Source of the DNA: Eledone cirrhosa
Taxonomy: Eukaryota
Direction: 5' to 3'
Length of the DNA: 64,000 nt
Assembly: GCA_964016885.1 (NCBI GenBank)
Contig: OZ024743.1
Coordinates: 178,994,001 to 179,058,000 of the forward strand
The position numbers and the translations under genes are program-made. Below are positions 39,101 through 52,200 of this stretch, piece after piece. The notes beneath the pieces are model-generated. The model was given only the letters and a program-made list of their open reading frames with translations, did no database searches and had not been told where the DNA came from. Position 1 is the stretch's first letter; each line of letters starts with the position of its first letter.

Positions 39101-42100
39101 TGTTGTCAGTGGTGTGGATGTTGGTGTTGTCAGTAGTGTGGTTGTTGGTGTTGTCAGTGGTGTGGTTGTTGGTGTTGTCTGTGGTGTGGTTGTTGGTGTT
39201 GTCAGTGGTGTGGTTGTTGGTGTTGTCAGTGGTGTGGTTGTTGGTGTTGTCAGTAGTGTGGTTGTTGGTGTTGTCAGTGGTGTGGTTGTTGCTGTTGTCA
39301 GTTTTGTGGTTGTTGGTGTTGTCTGTGGTGTGGTTGTTGGTGTTGTCTGTGGTGTGGTTGTTGGTGTTGTCAGTAGTGTGGTTGTTGGTGTTGTCAGTGG
39401 TGTGGTTGTTGGTGTTGTCTGTGGTGTGGTTGTTGGTGTTGTCAGTAGTGTGGTTGTTGGTGTTGTCTGTGGTGTGATTGTTGGTGTTGTCTGTGGTGTG
39501 GTTGTTGGTGTTGTCAGTAGTGTGGTTGTTGGTGTTGTCTGTGGTGTGGTTGTTGGTGTTGTCAGTGGTGTGGTTGTTGGTGTTGTCAGTGGTGTGGTTG
39601 TTGGTGTTGTCAGTGGTGTGGTTGTTGGTGTTGTCAGTGGTGTGGTTGTTGGTGTTGTCAGTAGTGTGGTTGTTGGTGTTGTCAGTGGTGTGGTTGTTGG
39701 TGTTGTCAGTGGTGTGGTTGTTGGTGTTGTCAGTAGTGTGGTTGTTGGTGTTGTCAGTGGTGTGGTTGTTGGTGTTGTCAGTGGTGTGGTTGTTGGTGTT
39801 GTCTGTGGTGTGGTTGTTGGTGTTGTCAGTGGTGTGGTTGTTGGTGTTGTCAGTGGTGTGGCTGTTGGTGTTGTCAGTAGTGTGGTTGTTGGTGTTGTCT
39901 GTGGTGTGGTTGTTGGTGTTGTCAGTAGTGTGGTTGTTGGTGTTGTCAGTGGTGTGGCTGTTGGTGTTGTCAGTGGTGTGGTTGTTGGTGTTGTCTGTGG
40001 TGTGGTTGTTGGTGTTGTCAGTGGTGTGGTTGTTGGTGTTGTCAGTGGTGTGGTTGTTGGTGTTGTCAGTGGTGTGGTTGTTGGTGTTGTCTGTGGTGTG
40101 GTTGTTGGTGTTGTCAGTGGTGTGGTTGTTGCTGTTGTCAGTGCTGTGGTTGTTGGTGTTGTCAGTAGTGTGGTTGTTGGTGTTGTCAGTGGTGTGGTTG
40201 TTGGTGTTGTCAGTGGTGTGGTTGTTGGTGTTGTCAGTAGTGTGGTTGATGGTGTTGTCAGTGGTGTGGTTGTTGGTGTTGTCAGTAGTGTGGTTGTTGG
40301 TGTTGACAGTGGTGTGGTTGTTGGTGTTGTCAGTGGTGTGGTTGTTGGTGTTGTCAGTGGTGTGGTTGTTGGTGTTGTCAGTAGTGTGGTTGTTGCTGTT
40401 GTCAGTGGTGTGGTTGTTGGTGTTGTCAGTAGTGTGGTTGTTGGTGTTGTTAGTGGTGTGGTTGTTGGTGTTGTCAGTGGTGTGGTTGTTGGTGTTGTCA
40501 GTGGTGTGGTTGTTGGTGTTGTCAGTAGTGTGGTTGTTGGTGTTGTCAGTGGTGTGGTTGTTGGTGTTGTCAGTGGTGTGGTTGTTGGTGTTGACAGTGG
40601 TGTGGTTGTTGGTGTTGACAGTGGTGTGGTTGTTGGTGTTGTCAGTGGTGTTGTTGTTGGTGTTGTCAGTGGTGTGGTTGTTGGTGTTGTCAGTGGTGTG
40701 GTTGTTGGTGTTGTCAGTGGTGTGGTTGTTGGTGTTGTCAGTGGTGTGGTTGTTGGTGTTGTCAGTGGTGTGGTTGTTGGTGTTGTCAGTTGTGTGGCTG
40801 TTGGTGTTGTCAATGGTGTGGTTGTTGGTGTTGTCAGTGGTGTGGTTGTTGGTGTTGTCAGTGGTGTGGCTGTTGGTGTTGTCAGTAGTGTGGTTGTTGG
40901 TGTTGTCTGTGGTGTGGTTGTTGGTGTTGTCAGTGGTGTGGTTGTTGGTGTTGTCAGTGGTGTGGATGTTGTGTTGTCAGTGGTGTGGTTGTTGGTGTTG
41001 TCAGTAGTGTGGTTGTTGGTGTTGTCAGTGGTGTGGTTGTTGGTGTTGTCAGTAGTGTGGTTGTTGGTGTTGTTGGTAGTGTGGTTGTTGGTGTTGTCAG
41101 TGGTGTGGTTGTTGGTGTTGTCTGTGGTGTGGTTGTTGGTGTTCTCAGTGGTGTGGTTGTTGGTGTTGTCAGTGGTGTGGTTGTTGGTGTTGTCAGTGGT
41201 GTGGTTGTTGGTGTTGTCAGTGGTGTGGTTGTTGGTGTTGCCAGTGGTGTGGTTGTTGGTGTTGACAGTGGTGTGGCTGTTGGTGTTGTCAGTGGTGTGG
41301 TTGTTGGTGTTGTCAGTGGTGTGGTTGTTGGTGTTGTCTGTGGTGTGGCTGTTGGTGTTGTCAGTGGTGTGGTTGTTGGTGTTGTCAGTAGTGTGGTTGT
41401 TGGTGTTGTCAGTGGTGTGATTGTTGGTGTTGTCAGTGGTGTGGCTGTTGGTATTGTCAATGGTGTGGTTGTTGGTGTTGTCAGTGGTGTGGTTGTTGGT
41501 GTTGTCAGTGGTGTGGCTGTTGGTGTTGTCAGTAGTGTGGTTGTTGGTGTTGTCAGTGGTGTGGTTGTTGGTGTTGTCAGTGGTGTGGATGTTGGTGTTG
41601 TCAGTAGTGTGGTTGTTGGTGTTGTCAGTGGTGTGGTTGTTGGTGTTGTCTGTGGTGTGGTTGTTGGTGTTGTCAGTGGTGTGGTTGTTGGTGTTGTCAG
41701 TGGTGTGGTTGTTGGTGTTGTCAGTAGTGTGGTTGTTGGTGTTGTCAGTGGTGTGGTTGTTGCTGTTGTCAGTTTTGTGGTTGTTGGTGTTGTCTGTGGT
41801 GTGGTTGTTGGTGTTGTCTGTGGTGTGGTTGTTGGTGTTGTCAGTAGTGTGGTTGTTGGTGTTGTCAGTGGTGTGGTTGTTGGTGTTGTCTGTGGTGTGG
41901 TTGTTGGTGTTGTCAGTAGTGTGGTTGTTGGTGTTGTCTGTGGTGTGATTGTTGGTGTTGTCTGTGGTGTGGTTGTTGGTGTTGTCAGTAGTGTGGTTGT
42001 TGGTGTTGTCTGTGGTGTGGTTGTTGGTGTTGTCAGTGGTGTGGTTGTTGGTGTTGTCAGTGGTGTGGTTGTTGGTGTTGTCAGTGGTGTGGTTGTTGGT

Positions 42101-45100
42101 GTTGTCAGTGGTGTGGTTGTTGGTGTTGTCAGTAGTGTGGTTGTTGGTGTTGTCAGTGGTGTGGTTGTTGGTGTTGTCAGTGGTGTGGTTGTTGGTGTTG
42201 TCAGTAGTGTGGTTGTTGGTGTTGTCAGTGGTGTGGTTGTTGGTGTTGTCAGTGGTGTGGTTGTTGGTGTTGTCTGTGGTGTGGTTGTTGGTGTTGTCAG
42301 TGGTGTGGTTGTTGGTGTTGTCAGTGGTGTGGCTGTTGGTGTTGTCAGTAGTGTGGTTGTTGGTGTTGTCTGTGGTGTGGTTGTTGGTGTTGTCAGTAGT
42401 GTGGTTGTTGGTGTTGTCAGTGGTGTGGCTGTTGGTGTTGTCAGTGGTGTGGTTGTTGGTGTTGTCTGTGGTGTGGTTGTTGGTGTTGTCAGTGGTGTGG
42501 TTGTTGGTGTTGTCAGTGGTGTGGTTGTTGGTGTTGTCAGTGGTGTGGTTGTTGGTGTTGTCTGTGGTGTGGTTGTTGGTGTTGTCAGTGGTGTGGTTGT
42601 TGCTGTTGTCAGTGCTGTGGTTGTTGGTGTTGTCAGTAGTGTGGTTGTTGGTGTTGTCAGTGGTGTGGTTGTTGGTGTTGTCAGTGGTGTGGTTGTTGGT
42701 GTTGTCAGTAGTGTGGTTGATGGTGTTGTCAGTGGTGTGGTTGTTGGTGTTGTCAGTAGTGTGGTTGTTGGTGTTGACAGTGGTGTGGTTGTTGGTGTTG
42801 TCAGTGGTGTGGTTGTTGGTGTTGTCAGTGGTGTGGTTGTTGGTGTTGTCAGTAGTGTGGTTGTTGCTGTTGTCAGTGGTGTGGTTGTTGGTGTTGTCAG
42901 TAGTGTGGTTGTTGGTGTTGTTAGTGGTGTGGTTGTTGGTGTTGTCAGTGGTGTGGTTGTTGGTGTTGTCAGTGGTGTGGTTGTTGGTGTTGTCAGTAGT
43001 GTGGTTGTTGGTGTTGTCAGTAGTGTGGTTGTTGGTGTTGTCAGTGGTGTGGTTGTTGGTGTTGACAGTGGTGTGGTTGTTGGTGTTGTCAGTAGTGTGG
43101 TTGTTGTTGTTGTCAGTGGTGTTGTTGTTGGTGTTGTCAGTAGTGTGGTTGTTGGTGTTGTCAGTGGTGTGGTTGTTGGTGTTGTCAGTGGTGTGGTTGT
43201 TGGTGTTGTCAGTGGTGTGGTTGTTGGTGTTGTCAGTAGTGTGGCTGTTGGTGTTGTCAGTGGTGTGGTTGTTGGTTTTGTCTGTGGTGTGGTTGTTGGT
43301 GTTGTCAGTGGTGTGGTTGTTGGTGTTGTCAGTGGTGTGGTTGTTGGTGTTGGCAGTGGTGTTGTTGTTGGTGTTGACAGTGGTGTGGTTGTTGGTGTTG
43401 TCAGTGGTGTGGTTGTTGGTGTTGTCAGTGGTGTGGTTGTTGGTGTTGTCTGTGGTGTGGTTGTTGGTGTTGTCAGTGGTGTTGTTGTTGGTGTTGACAG
43501 TGGTGTGGTTGTTGGTGTTTTGGCAGTGGTGTGGTTGTTGGTGTTGTCAGTGGTGTGGTTGTTGGTGTTGTCTGAGGTGTGGTTGTTGGTGTTGTCAGTG
43601 GTGTTGTTGTTGGTGTTGTCAGTGGTGTGGTTGTTGGTGTTGTCAGTGGTGTGGTTGTTGGTGTTGTCAGTGGTGTGGTTGTTGGTGTTGTCAGTGGTGT
43701 GGTTGTTGGTGTTGTCAGTGGTGTGGTTGTTGGTGTTGTCAGTTGTGTGGCTGTTGGTGTTGTCAATGGTGTGGTTGTTGGTGTTGTCAGTGGTGTGGTT
43801 GTTGGTGTTGTCAGTGGTGTGGCTGTTGGTGTTGTCAGTAGTGTGGTTGTTGGTGTTGTCTGTGGCGTGGTTGTTGGTGTTGTCAGTGGTGTGGTTGTTG
43901 GTGTTGTCAGTGGTGTGGATGTTGTGTTGTCAGTGGTGTGGTTGTTGGTGTTGTCAGTAGTGTGGTTGTTGGTGTTGTCAGTGGTGTGGTTGTTGGTGTT
44001 GTCAGTAGTGTGGTTGTTGGTGTTGTTGGTAGTGTGGTTGTTGGTGTTGTCAGTGGTGTGGTTGTTGGTGTTGTCTGTGGTGTGGTTGTTGGTGTTGTCA
44101 GTGGTGTGGTTGTTGGTGTTGTCAGTGGTGTGGTTGTTGGTGTTGTCAGTGGTGTGGTTGTTGGTGTTGTCAGTGGTGTGGTTGTTGGTGTTGCCAGTGG
44201 TGTGGTTGTTGGTGTTGACAGTGGTGTGGCTGTTGGTGTTGTCAGTGGTGTGGTTGTTGGTGTTGTCAGTGGTGTGGTTGTTGGTGTTGTCTGTGGTGTG
44301 GCTGTTGGTGTTGTCAGTGGTGTGGTTGTTGGTGTTGTCAGTAGTGTGGTTGTTGGTGTTGTCAGTGGTGTGATTGTTGGTGTTGTCAGTGGTGTGGCTG
44401 TTGGTGTTGTCAATGGTGTGGTTGTTGGTGTTGTCAGTGGTGTGGTTGTTGGTGTTGTCAGTGGTGTGGCTGTTGGTGTTGTCAGTAGTGTGGTTGTTGG
44501 TGTTGTCAGTGGTGTGGTTGTTGGTGTTGTCAGTGGTGTGGATGTTGGTGTTGTCAGTAGTGTGGTTGTTGGTGTTGTCAGTGGTGTGGTTGTTGGTGTT
44601 GTCTGTGGTGTGGTTGTTGGTGTTGTCAGTGGTGTGGTTGTTGGTGTTGTCAGTGGTGTGGTTGTTGGTGTTGTCAGTAGTGTGGTTGTTGGTGTTGTCA
44701 GTGGTGTGGTTGTTGCTGTTGTCAGTGGTGTGGTTGTTGGTGTTGTCTGTGGTGTGGTTGTTGGTGTTGTCTGTGGTGTGGTTGTTGGTGTTGTCAGTAG
44801 TGTGGTTGTTGGTGTTGTCAGTGGTGTGGTTGTTGGTGTTGTCAGTAGTGTGGTTGTTGGTGTTGTCAGTGGTGTGGTTGTTGGTGTTGTCAGTAGTGTG
44901 GTTGTTGGTGTTGTCAGTGGTGTGGTTGTTGGTGTTGTCAGTGGTGTGGTTGTTGGTGTTGTCAGTGGTGTGGTTGTTGGTGTTGTCAGTAGTGTGGTTG
45001 TTGGTGTTGTCAGTAGTGTGGTTGTTGGTGTTGTCAGTAGTGTGGTTGTTGGTGTTGTCAGTGGTGTGGTTGTTGGTGTTGTCAGTAGTGTGGTTGTTGG

Positions 45101-46800
45101 TGTTGACAGTGGTGTGGTTGTTGGTGTTGTCAGTAGTGTGGTTGTTGTTGTTGTCAGTGGTGTTGTTGTTGGTGTTGTCAGTAGTGTGGTTGTTGGTGTT
45201 GTCAGTGGTGTGGTTGTTGGTGTTGTCAGTGGTGTGGTTGTTGGTGTTGTCAGTGGTGTGGTTGTTGGTGTTGTCAGTAGTGTGGCTGTTGGTGTTGTCA
45301 GTGGTGTGGTTGTTGGTTTTGTCTGTGGTGTGGTTGTTGGTGTTGTCAGTGGTGTGGTTGTTGGTGTTGTCAGTGGTGTGGTTGTTGGTGTTGGCAGTGG
45401 TGTTGGCAGTGGTGTTGTTGTTGGTGTTGACAGTGGTGTGGTTGTTGGTGTTGTCAGTGGTGTGGTTGTTGGTGTTGTCAGTGGTGTGGTTGTTGGTGTT
45501 GTCTGTGGTGTGGTTGTTGGTGTTGTCAGTGGTGTTGTTGTTGGTGTTGACAGTGGTGTGGTTGTTGGTGTTGTCAGTGGTGTGGTTGTTGGTGTTGTCA
45601 GTGGTGTGGTTGTTGGTGTTGTCTGAGGTGTGGTTGTTGGTGTTGTCAGTGGTGTTGTTGTTGGTGTTGTCAGTGGTGTGGTTGTTGGTGTTGTCAGTGG
45701 TGTGGTTGTTGGTGTTGTCAGTGGTGTGGTTGTTGGTGTTGTCAGTGGTGTGGTTGTTGGTGTTGTCAGTGGTGTGGTTGTTGGTGTTGTCAGTTGTGTG
45801 GCTGTTGGTGTTGTCAATGGTGTGGTTGTTGGTGTTGTCAGTGGTGTGGTTGTTGGTGTTGTCAGTGGTGTGGCTGTTGGTGTTGTCAGTAGTGTGGTTG
45901 TTGGTGTTGTCTGTGGTGTGGTTGTTGGTGTTGTCAGTGGTGTGGTTGTTGGTGTTGTCAGTGGTGTGGATGTTGTGTTGTCAGTGGTGTCGTTGTTGGT
46001 GTTGTCAGTAGTGTGGTTGTTGGTGTTGTCAGTGGTGTGGTTGTTGGTGTTGTCAGTAGTGTGGTTGTTGGTGTTGTTGGTAGTGTGGTTGTTGGTGTTG
46101 TCAGTGGTGTGGTTGTTGGTGTTGTCTGTGGTGTGGTTGTTGGTGTTGTCAGTGGTGTGGTTGTTGGTGTTGTCAGTGGTGTGGTTGTTGGTGTTGTCAG
46201 TGGTGTGGTTGTTGGTGTTGTCAGTGGTGTGGTTGTTGGTGTTGCCAGTGGTGTGGTTGTTGGTGTTGACAGTGGTGTGGCTGTTGGTGTTGTCAGTGGT
46301 GTGGTTGTTGGTGTTGTCAGTGGTGTGGTTGTTGGTGTTGTCTGTGGTGTGGCTGTTGGTGTTGTCAGTGGTGTGGTTGTTGGTGTTGTCAGTAGTGTGG
46401 TTGTTGGTGTTGTCAGTGGTGTGATTGTTGGTGTTGTCAGTGGTGTGGCTGTTGGTGTTGTCAATGGTGTGGTTGTTGGTGTTGTCAGTGGTGTGGTTGT
46501 TGGTGTTGTCAGTGGTGTGGCTGTTGGTGTTGTCAGTAGTGTGGTTGTTGGTGTTGTCAGTGGTGTGGTTGTTGGTGTTGTCAGTGGTGTGGATGTTGGT
46601 GTTGTCAGTAGTGTGGTTGTTGGTGTTGTCAGTGGTGTGGTTGTTGGTGTTGTCTGTGGTGTGGTTGTTGGTGTTGTCAGTGGTGTGGTTGTTGGTGTTG
46701 TCAGTGGTGTGGTTGTTGGTGTTGTCAGTAGTGTGGTTGTTGGTGTTGTCAGTGGTGTGGTTGTTGCTGTTGTCAGTGGTGTGGTTGTTGGTGTTGTCAG
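36200..46800. repeat. Five-copy higher-order repeat (periods 1991, 2471, 2953, 2051 bp) marked by a 23-bp deletion monomer; boundaries approximate
   Basis: ggAtgttgtgttgtc (-1 G) at 36509, 38500, 40971, 43924, 45975. Each is followed by gttgttGGtagt, gCcagt, gAcagt, gtgAtt in the same order. Confidence 0.92.
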
Positions 46801-47149
46801 TGGTGTGGTTGTTGGTGTTGTCTGTGGTGTGGTTGTTGGTGTTGTCAGTAGTGTGGTTGTTGGTGTTGTCAGTGGTGTGGTTGTTGGTGTTGTCAGTAGT
46901 GTGGTTGTTGGTGTTGTCAGTGGTGTGGTTGTTGGTGTTGTCAGTAGTGTGGTTGTTGGTGTTGTCAGTGGTGTGGTTGTTGGTGTTGTCAGTGGTGTGG
47001 TTGTTGGTGTTGTCAGTGGTGTGGTTGTTGGTGTTGTCAGTAGTGTGGTTGTTGGTGTTGTCAGTAGTGTGGTTGTTGGTGTTGTCAGTAGTGTGGTTGT
47101 TGGTGTTGTCAGTGGTGTGGTTGTTGGTGTTGTCAGTAGTGTGGTTGTT

Positions 47150-49230
47150 GGTGTTGTCAGTGGTGTGGTTGTTGGTGTTGTCAGTGGTGTGGTTGTTGGT
47201 GTTGTCTGTGGTGTGGTTGTTGGTGTTGTCAGTAGTGTGGTTGTTGGTGTTGTCAGTGGTGTGGTTGTTGGTGTTGTCAGTAGTGTGGTTGTTGGTGTTG
47301 TCAGTGGTGTGGTTGTTGGTGTTGTCTGTGGTGTGGTTGTTGGTGTTGTCAGTGGTGTGGTTGTTGGTGTTGTCAGTTGTGTGGATGTTGGTGTTGTCAG
47401 TGGTGTGGTTGTTGGTGTCGTCAATGGTGTGGTTGTTGGTGTTGTCAGTGGTGTGGTTGTTGCTTTTGTCAGTGGTGTGGTTGTTGGTGTTGTCTGTGGT
47501 GTGGTTGTTGGTGTTGTCTGTGGTGTGGTTGTTGGTGTTGTCAGTGGTGTGGTTGTTGGTGTTGTCAGTTGTGTGGTTGTTGGTGTTGTAAGTGGTGTGG
47601 TTGTTGGTGTTGTCAGTTGTGTGGTTGTTGGTGTTGTCAGTGGTGTGGTTGTTGGTGTTGTCAGTAGTGTGGTTGTTGGTGTTGTCAGTGGTGTGGTTGT
47701 TGGTGTTGTTAGTGGTGTGGTTGTTGGTGTTGTCAGTGGTGTGGTTGTTGGTGTTGTCAGTAGTGTGGTTGTTGGTGTTGTCAGTAGTGTGGTTGTTGGT
47801 GTTGTCAGTGGTGTGGTTGTTGGTGTTGTCAGTAGTGTGGTTGTTGGTGTTGTCAGTGGTGTGGATGTTGGTGTTGTCAGTGGTGTGGTTGTTGGTGTTG
47901 TCAGTAGTGTGGTTGTTGGTGTTGACAGTGGTGTGGTTGTTGGTGTTGTCAGTGGTGTGGTTGTTGGTGTTGTCAGTGGTGTGGATGTTGGTGTTGTCAG
48001 TGGTGTGGTTGTTGCTGTTGTCAGTGCTGTGGTTGTTGGTGTTGTCAGTGGTGTGGTTGTTGGTGTTGTCAGTAGTGTGGTTATTGCTGTTGTCAGTGGT
48101 GTGGTTGTTGGTGTTGTCAGTGGTGTGGTTGTTGGTATTGTCAGTGGTGTGGTTGTTGGTGTTGTCAGTGGTGTGGTTGTTGGTGTTGTCAGTGGTGTGG
48201 TTGTTGGTGTTGTCAGTGGTGTGGTTGTTGGTGTTGTCTGTGGTGTGGTTGTTGGTGTTGTCAGTAGTGTGGTTGTTGGTGTTGTCAGTGGTGTGGTTGT
48301 TGGTGTTGTCAGTAGTGTGGTTGTTGGTGTTGTCAGTGGTGTGGTTGTTGGTGTTGTCTGTGGTGTGGTTGTTGGTGTTGTCAGTGGTGTGGTTGTTGGT
48401 GTTGTCAGTTGTGTGGATGTTGGTGTTGTCAGTGGTGTGGTTGTTGGTGTCGTCAATGGTGTGGTTGTTGGTGTTGTCAGTGGTGTGGTTGTTGCTGTTG
48501 TCAGTGGTGTGGTTGTTGGTGTTGTCTGTGGTGTGGTTGTTGGTGTTGTCTGTGGTGTGGTTGTTGGTGTTGTCAGTGGTGTGGTTGTTGGTGTTGTCAG
48601 TTGTGTGGTTGTTGGTGTTGTAAGTGGTGTGGTTGTTGGTGTTGTCAGTTGTGTGGTTGTTGGTGTTGTCAGTGGTGTGGTTGTTGGTGTTGTCAGTAGT
48701 GTGGTTGTTGGTGTTGTCAGTGGTGTGGTTGTTGGTGTTGTTAGTGGTGTGGTTGTTGGTGTTGTCAGTGGTGTGGTTGTTGGTGTTGTCAGTAGTGTGG
48801 TTGTTGGTGTTGTCAGTAGTGTGGTTGTTGGTGTTGTCAGTGGTGTGGTTGTTGGTGTTGTCAGTAGTGTGGTTGTTGGTGTTGTCAGTGGTGTGGATGT
48901 TGGTGTTGTCAGTGGTGTGGTTGTTGGTGTTGTCAGTGGTGTGGTTGTTGGTGTTGACAGTGGTGTGGTTGTTGGTGTTGTCAGTGGTGTGGTTGTTGGT
49001 GTTGTCAGTGGTGTGGATGTTGGTGTTGTCAGTGGTGTGGTTGTTGCTGTTGTCAGTGGTGTGGTTGTTGGTGTTGTCAGTGGTGTGGTTGTTGGTGTTG
49101 TCAGTAGTGTGGTTATTGCTGTTGTCAGTGGTGTGGTTGTTGGTGTTGTCAGTGGTGTGGTTGTTGGTATTGTCAGTGGTGTGGTTGTTGGTGTTGTCAG
49201 TGGTGTGGTTGTTGGTGTTGTCAGTGGTGT
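47150..49230. repeat. 1032-bp (43-monomer) tandem higher-order duplication; boundaries approximate
   Basis: gttgtAagt at ~47590/48622; ORFs 47377 and 48409; ttAttgct at ~48083/49115. Confidence 0.88.
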
Positions 49231-52200
49231 GGTTGTTGGTGTTGTCAGTGGTGTGGTTGTTGGTGTTGTCAGTAGTGTGGTTGTTGGTGTTGTCAGTGGT
49301 GTGGTTGTTGGTGTTGTCAATGGTGTGGTTGTTGGTGTTGTCAGTAGTGTGGTTGTTGGTGTTGTCAGTAGTGTGGTTGTTGGTGTTGTCAGTGGTGTGG
49401 TTGTTGTTGTAGTCAGTAGTGTGGTTGTTGGTGTTGTCAGTGGTGTGGTTGTTGGTGTTGTCAGTAGTGTGGTTGTTGGTGTTGTCAGTGGTGTGGTTGT
49501 TGGTGTTGTCAGTAGTGTGGTTGTTGGTGTTGTCAGTGGTGTGGTTGTTGGTGTTGGCAGTGGTGTTGTTGTTGGTGTTGTCAGTAGTGTGGTTGTTGGT
49601 GTTGTCAGTGGTGTGGTTGTTGGTGTTGTCAGTGGTGTGGTTGTTGGTGTTGTCAGTAGTGTGGTTGTTGGTGTTGTCAGTGGTGTGGTTGTTGGTGTTG
49701 TCAGTAGTGTGGTTGTTGCTGTTGTCAGTGGTGTGGTTGTTGGTGTTGTCAGTAGTGTGGTTGTTGGTGTTGTCAGTGGTGTGGTTGTTGGTGTTGTCAG
49801 TAGTGTGGTTGTTGATGTTGTCAGTAGTGTGGTTGTTGGTGTTGTCAGTGGTGTGGTTGTTGGTGTTGTCAGTGGTGTGGTTGTTGGTGTTGTCAGTAGT
49901 GTGGTTGTTGCTGTTGTCAGTGGTGTGGTTGTTGGTGTTGTCAGTGGTGTGGTTGTTGCTGTTGTCAGTGGTGTGGTTGTTGGTGTTGTCAGTAGTGTGG
50001 TTGTTGGTGTTGTCAGTGGTGTGGTTGTTGGTGTTGTCAGTGGTGTGGTTGTTGGTGTTGTCAGTGGTGTGGTTGTTGGTGTTGTCAGTGGTGTGGTTGT
50101 TGGTGTTGTCAGTGGTGTGGTTGTTGGTGTTGTCAGTGGTGTGGTTGTTGCTGTTGTCTGTGGTGTGGTTGTTGGTGTTGTCAGTGGTGTGGTTGTTGGT
50201 GTTGTCAGTAGTGTGGTTGTTGCTGTTGTCTGTGGTGTGGTTGTTGGTGTTGTCAGTGGTGTGGTTGTTGCTGTTGTCAGTGGTGTGGTTGTTGGTGTTG
50301 TCAGTAGTGTGGTTGTTGGTGTTGTCAGTGGTGTGGTTGTTGGTGTTGCCAGTGGTGTGCTTGTTGGTGTTGTCAGTGGTGTGGTTGTTGGTGTTGTCAG
50401 TAGTGTGGTTGTTGCTGTTGTCAGTGGTGTGGTTGTTGGTGTTGTCAGTAGTGTGGTTGTTGGTGTTGTCAGTGGTGTGGTTGTTGGTGTTGTCAGTGGT
50501 GTGGCTGTTGGTGTTGTCAGTAGTGTGTTTGTTGGTGTTGTCTGTGGTGTGGTTGTTGGTGTTGTCAGTGGTGTGGTTGTTGGTGTTGTCAGTGGTGTGG
50601 CTGTTGGTGTTGTCAGTAGTGTGGTTGTTGGTGTTGTCTGTGGTGTGGTTGTTGGTGTTGTCTGTGGTGTGGTTGTTGGTGTTGTCAGTGGTGTGGTTGT
50701 TGGTGTTGTCAGTAGTGTGGTTGTTGGTGTTATCTGTGGTGTGGTTGTTGGTGTTGTCAGTGGTGTGGTTGTTGGTGTTGTCAGTAGTGTGGTTGTTGGT
50801 GTTGTCAGTGGTGTGGCTGTTGGTGTTGTCAGTGGTGTGGTTGTTGGTGTTGTCTGTGGTGTGGTTGTTGGTGTTGTCAGTGGTGTGGTTGTTGGTGTTG
50901 TCAGTGGTGTGGCTGTTGGTGTTGTCAGTGGTGTGGTTGTTGGTGTTGTCTGTGGTGTGGTTGTTGGTGTTGTCAGTGGTGTGGTTGTTGGTGTTGTCTG
51001 TGGTGTGGTTGTTGGTGTTGTCAGTGGTGTGGTTGTTGGTGTTGTCAGTGGTGTGGCTGTTGGTGTTGTCAGTGGTGTGGTTGTTGGTGTTGTCAGTAGT
51101 GTGGTTGTTGGTGTTGTCAGTGGTGTGGCTGTTGGTGTTGTCAGTGGTGTGGTTGTTGGTGTTGTCTGTGGTGTGGTTGTTGGTGTTGTCAGTGGTGTGG
51201 CTGTTGGTGTTGTCAGTAGTGTGTTTGTTGGTGTTGTCTGTGGTGTGGTTGTTGGTGTTGTCAGTGGTGTGGTTGTTGGTGTTGTCAGTGGTGTGGCTGT
51301 TGGTGTTGTCAGTAGTGTGGTTGTTGGTGTTGTCTGTGGTGTGGTTGTTGGTGTTGTCTGTGGTGTGGTTGTTGGTGTTGTCAGTGGTGTGGTTGTTGGT
51401 GTTGTCAGTGGTGTGGATGTTGGTGTTGTCAGTAGTGTGGTTGTTGGTGTTGTCAGTGGGGTGGTTGTTGGTGTTGTCAGTGGTGTGGTTGTTGGTGTTG
51501 TCTGTTTTGTGGTTGTTGGTGTTGTCTGTGGTGTGGTTGTTGGTGTTGTCAGTGGTGTGGTTGTTGGTGTTGTCAGTGGTGTGGTTGTTGGTGTTGTCAC
51601 TGGTATGGTTGTTGCTGTTGTCAGTGGTGTGGTTGTTGGTGTTGTCTGTGGTGTGGTTGTTGGTGTTGTCTGTGGTGTGGTTGTTGGTGTTGTCACTGGT
51701 TTGGTTGTTGCTGTTGTCAGTGGTGTGGTTGTTGGTGGTGTCAGTAGTGTGGTTGTTGGTGTTGTCAGTGGTGTGGTTGTTGGTGTTGGCAGTGGTGTTG
51801 TTGTTGGTGTTGGCAGTGGTGTTGTTGTTGGTGTTGTCACTGGTATGGTTGTTGCTGTTGTCAGTGGTGTGGTTGTTGGTGTTGTCAGTAGTGTGGTTGT
51901 TGGTGTTGTCAGTGGTGTGGTTGTTGGTGTTGTCAGTAGTGTGGTTGTTGATGTTGTCAGTAGTGTGGTTGTTGGTGTTGTCAGTGGTGGGGTTGTTGGT
52001 GTTGACAGTGGTGTGGTTGTTGGTGTTGTCAGTGGTGTGGTTGTTGGTGTTGTCAGTGGTGTGGTTGTTGGTGTTGTCAGTGGTGTGGTTGTTGGTGTTG
52101 ACAGTGGTGTGGTTGTTGGTGTTGTCAGTGGTGTGGTTGTTGGTGTTGACAGTGGTGTGGTTGTTGGTGTTGTCAGTTGTGTGGTTGTTGAAGTTGTCTG

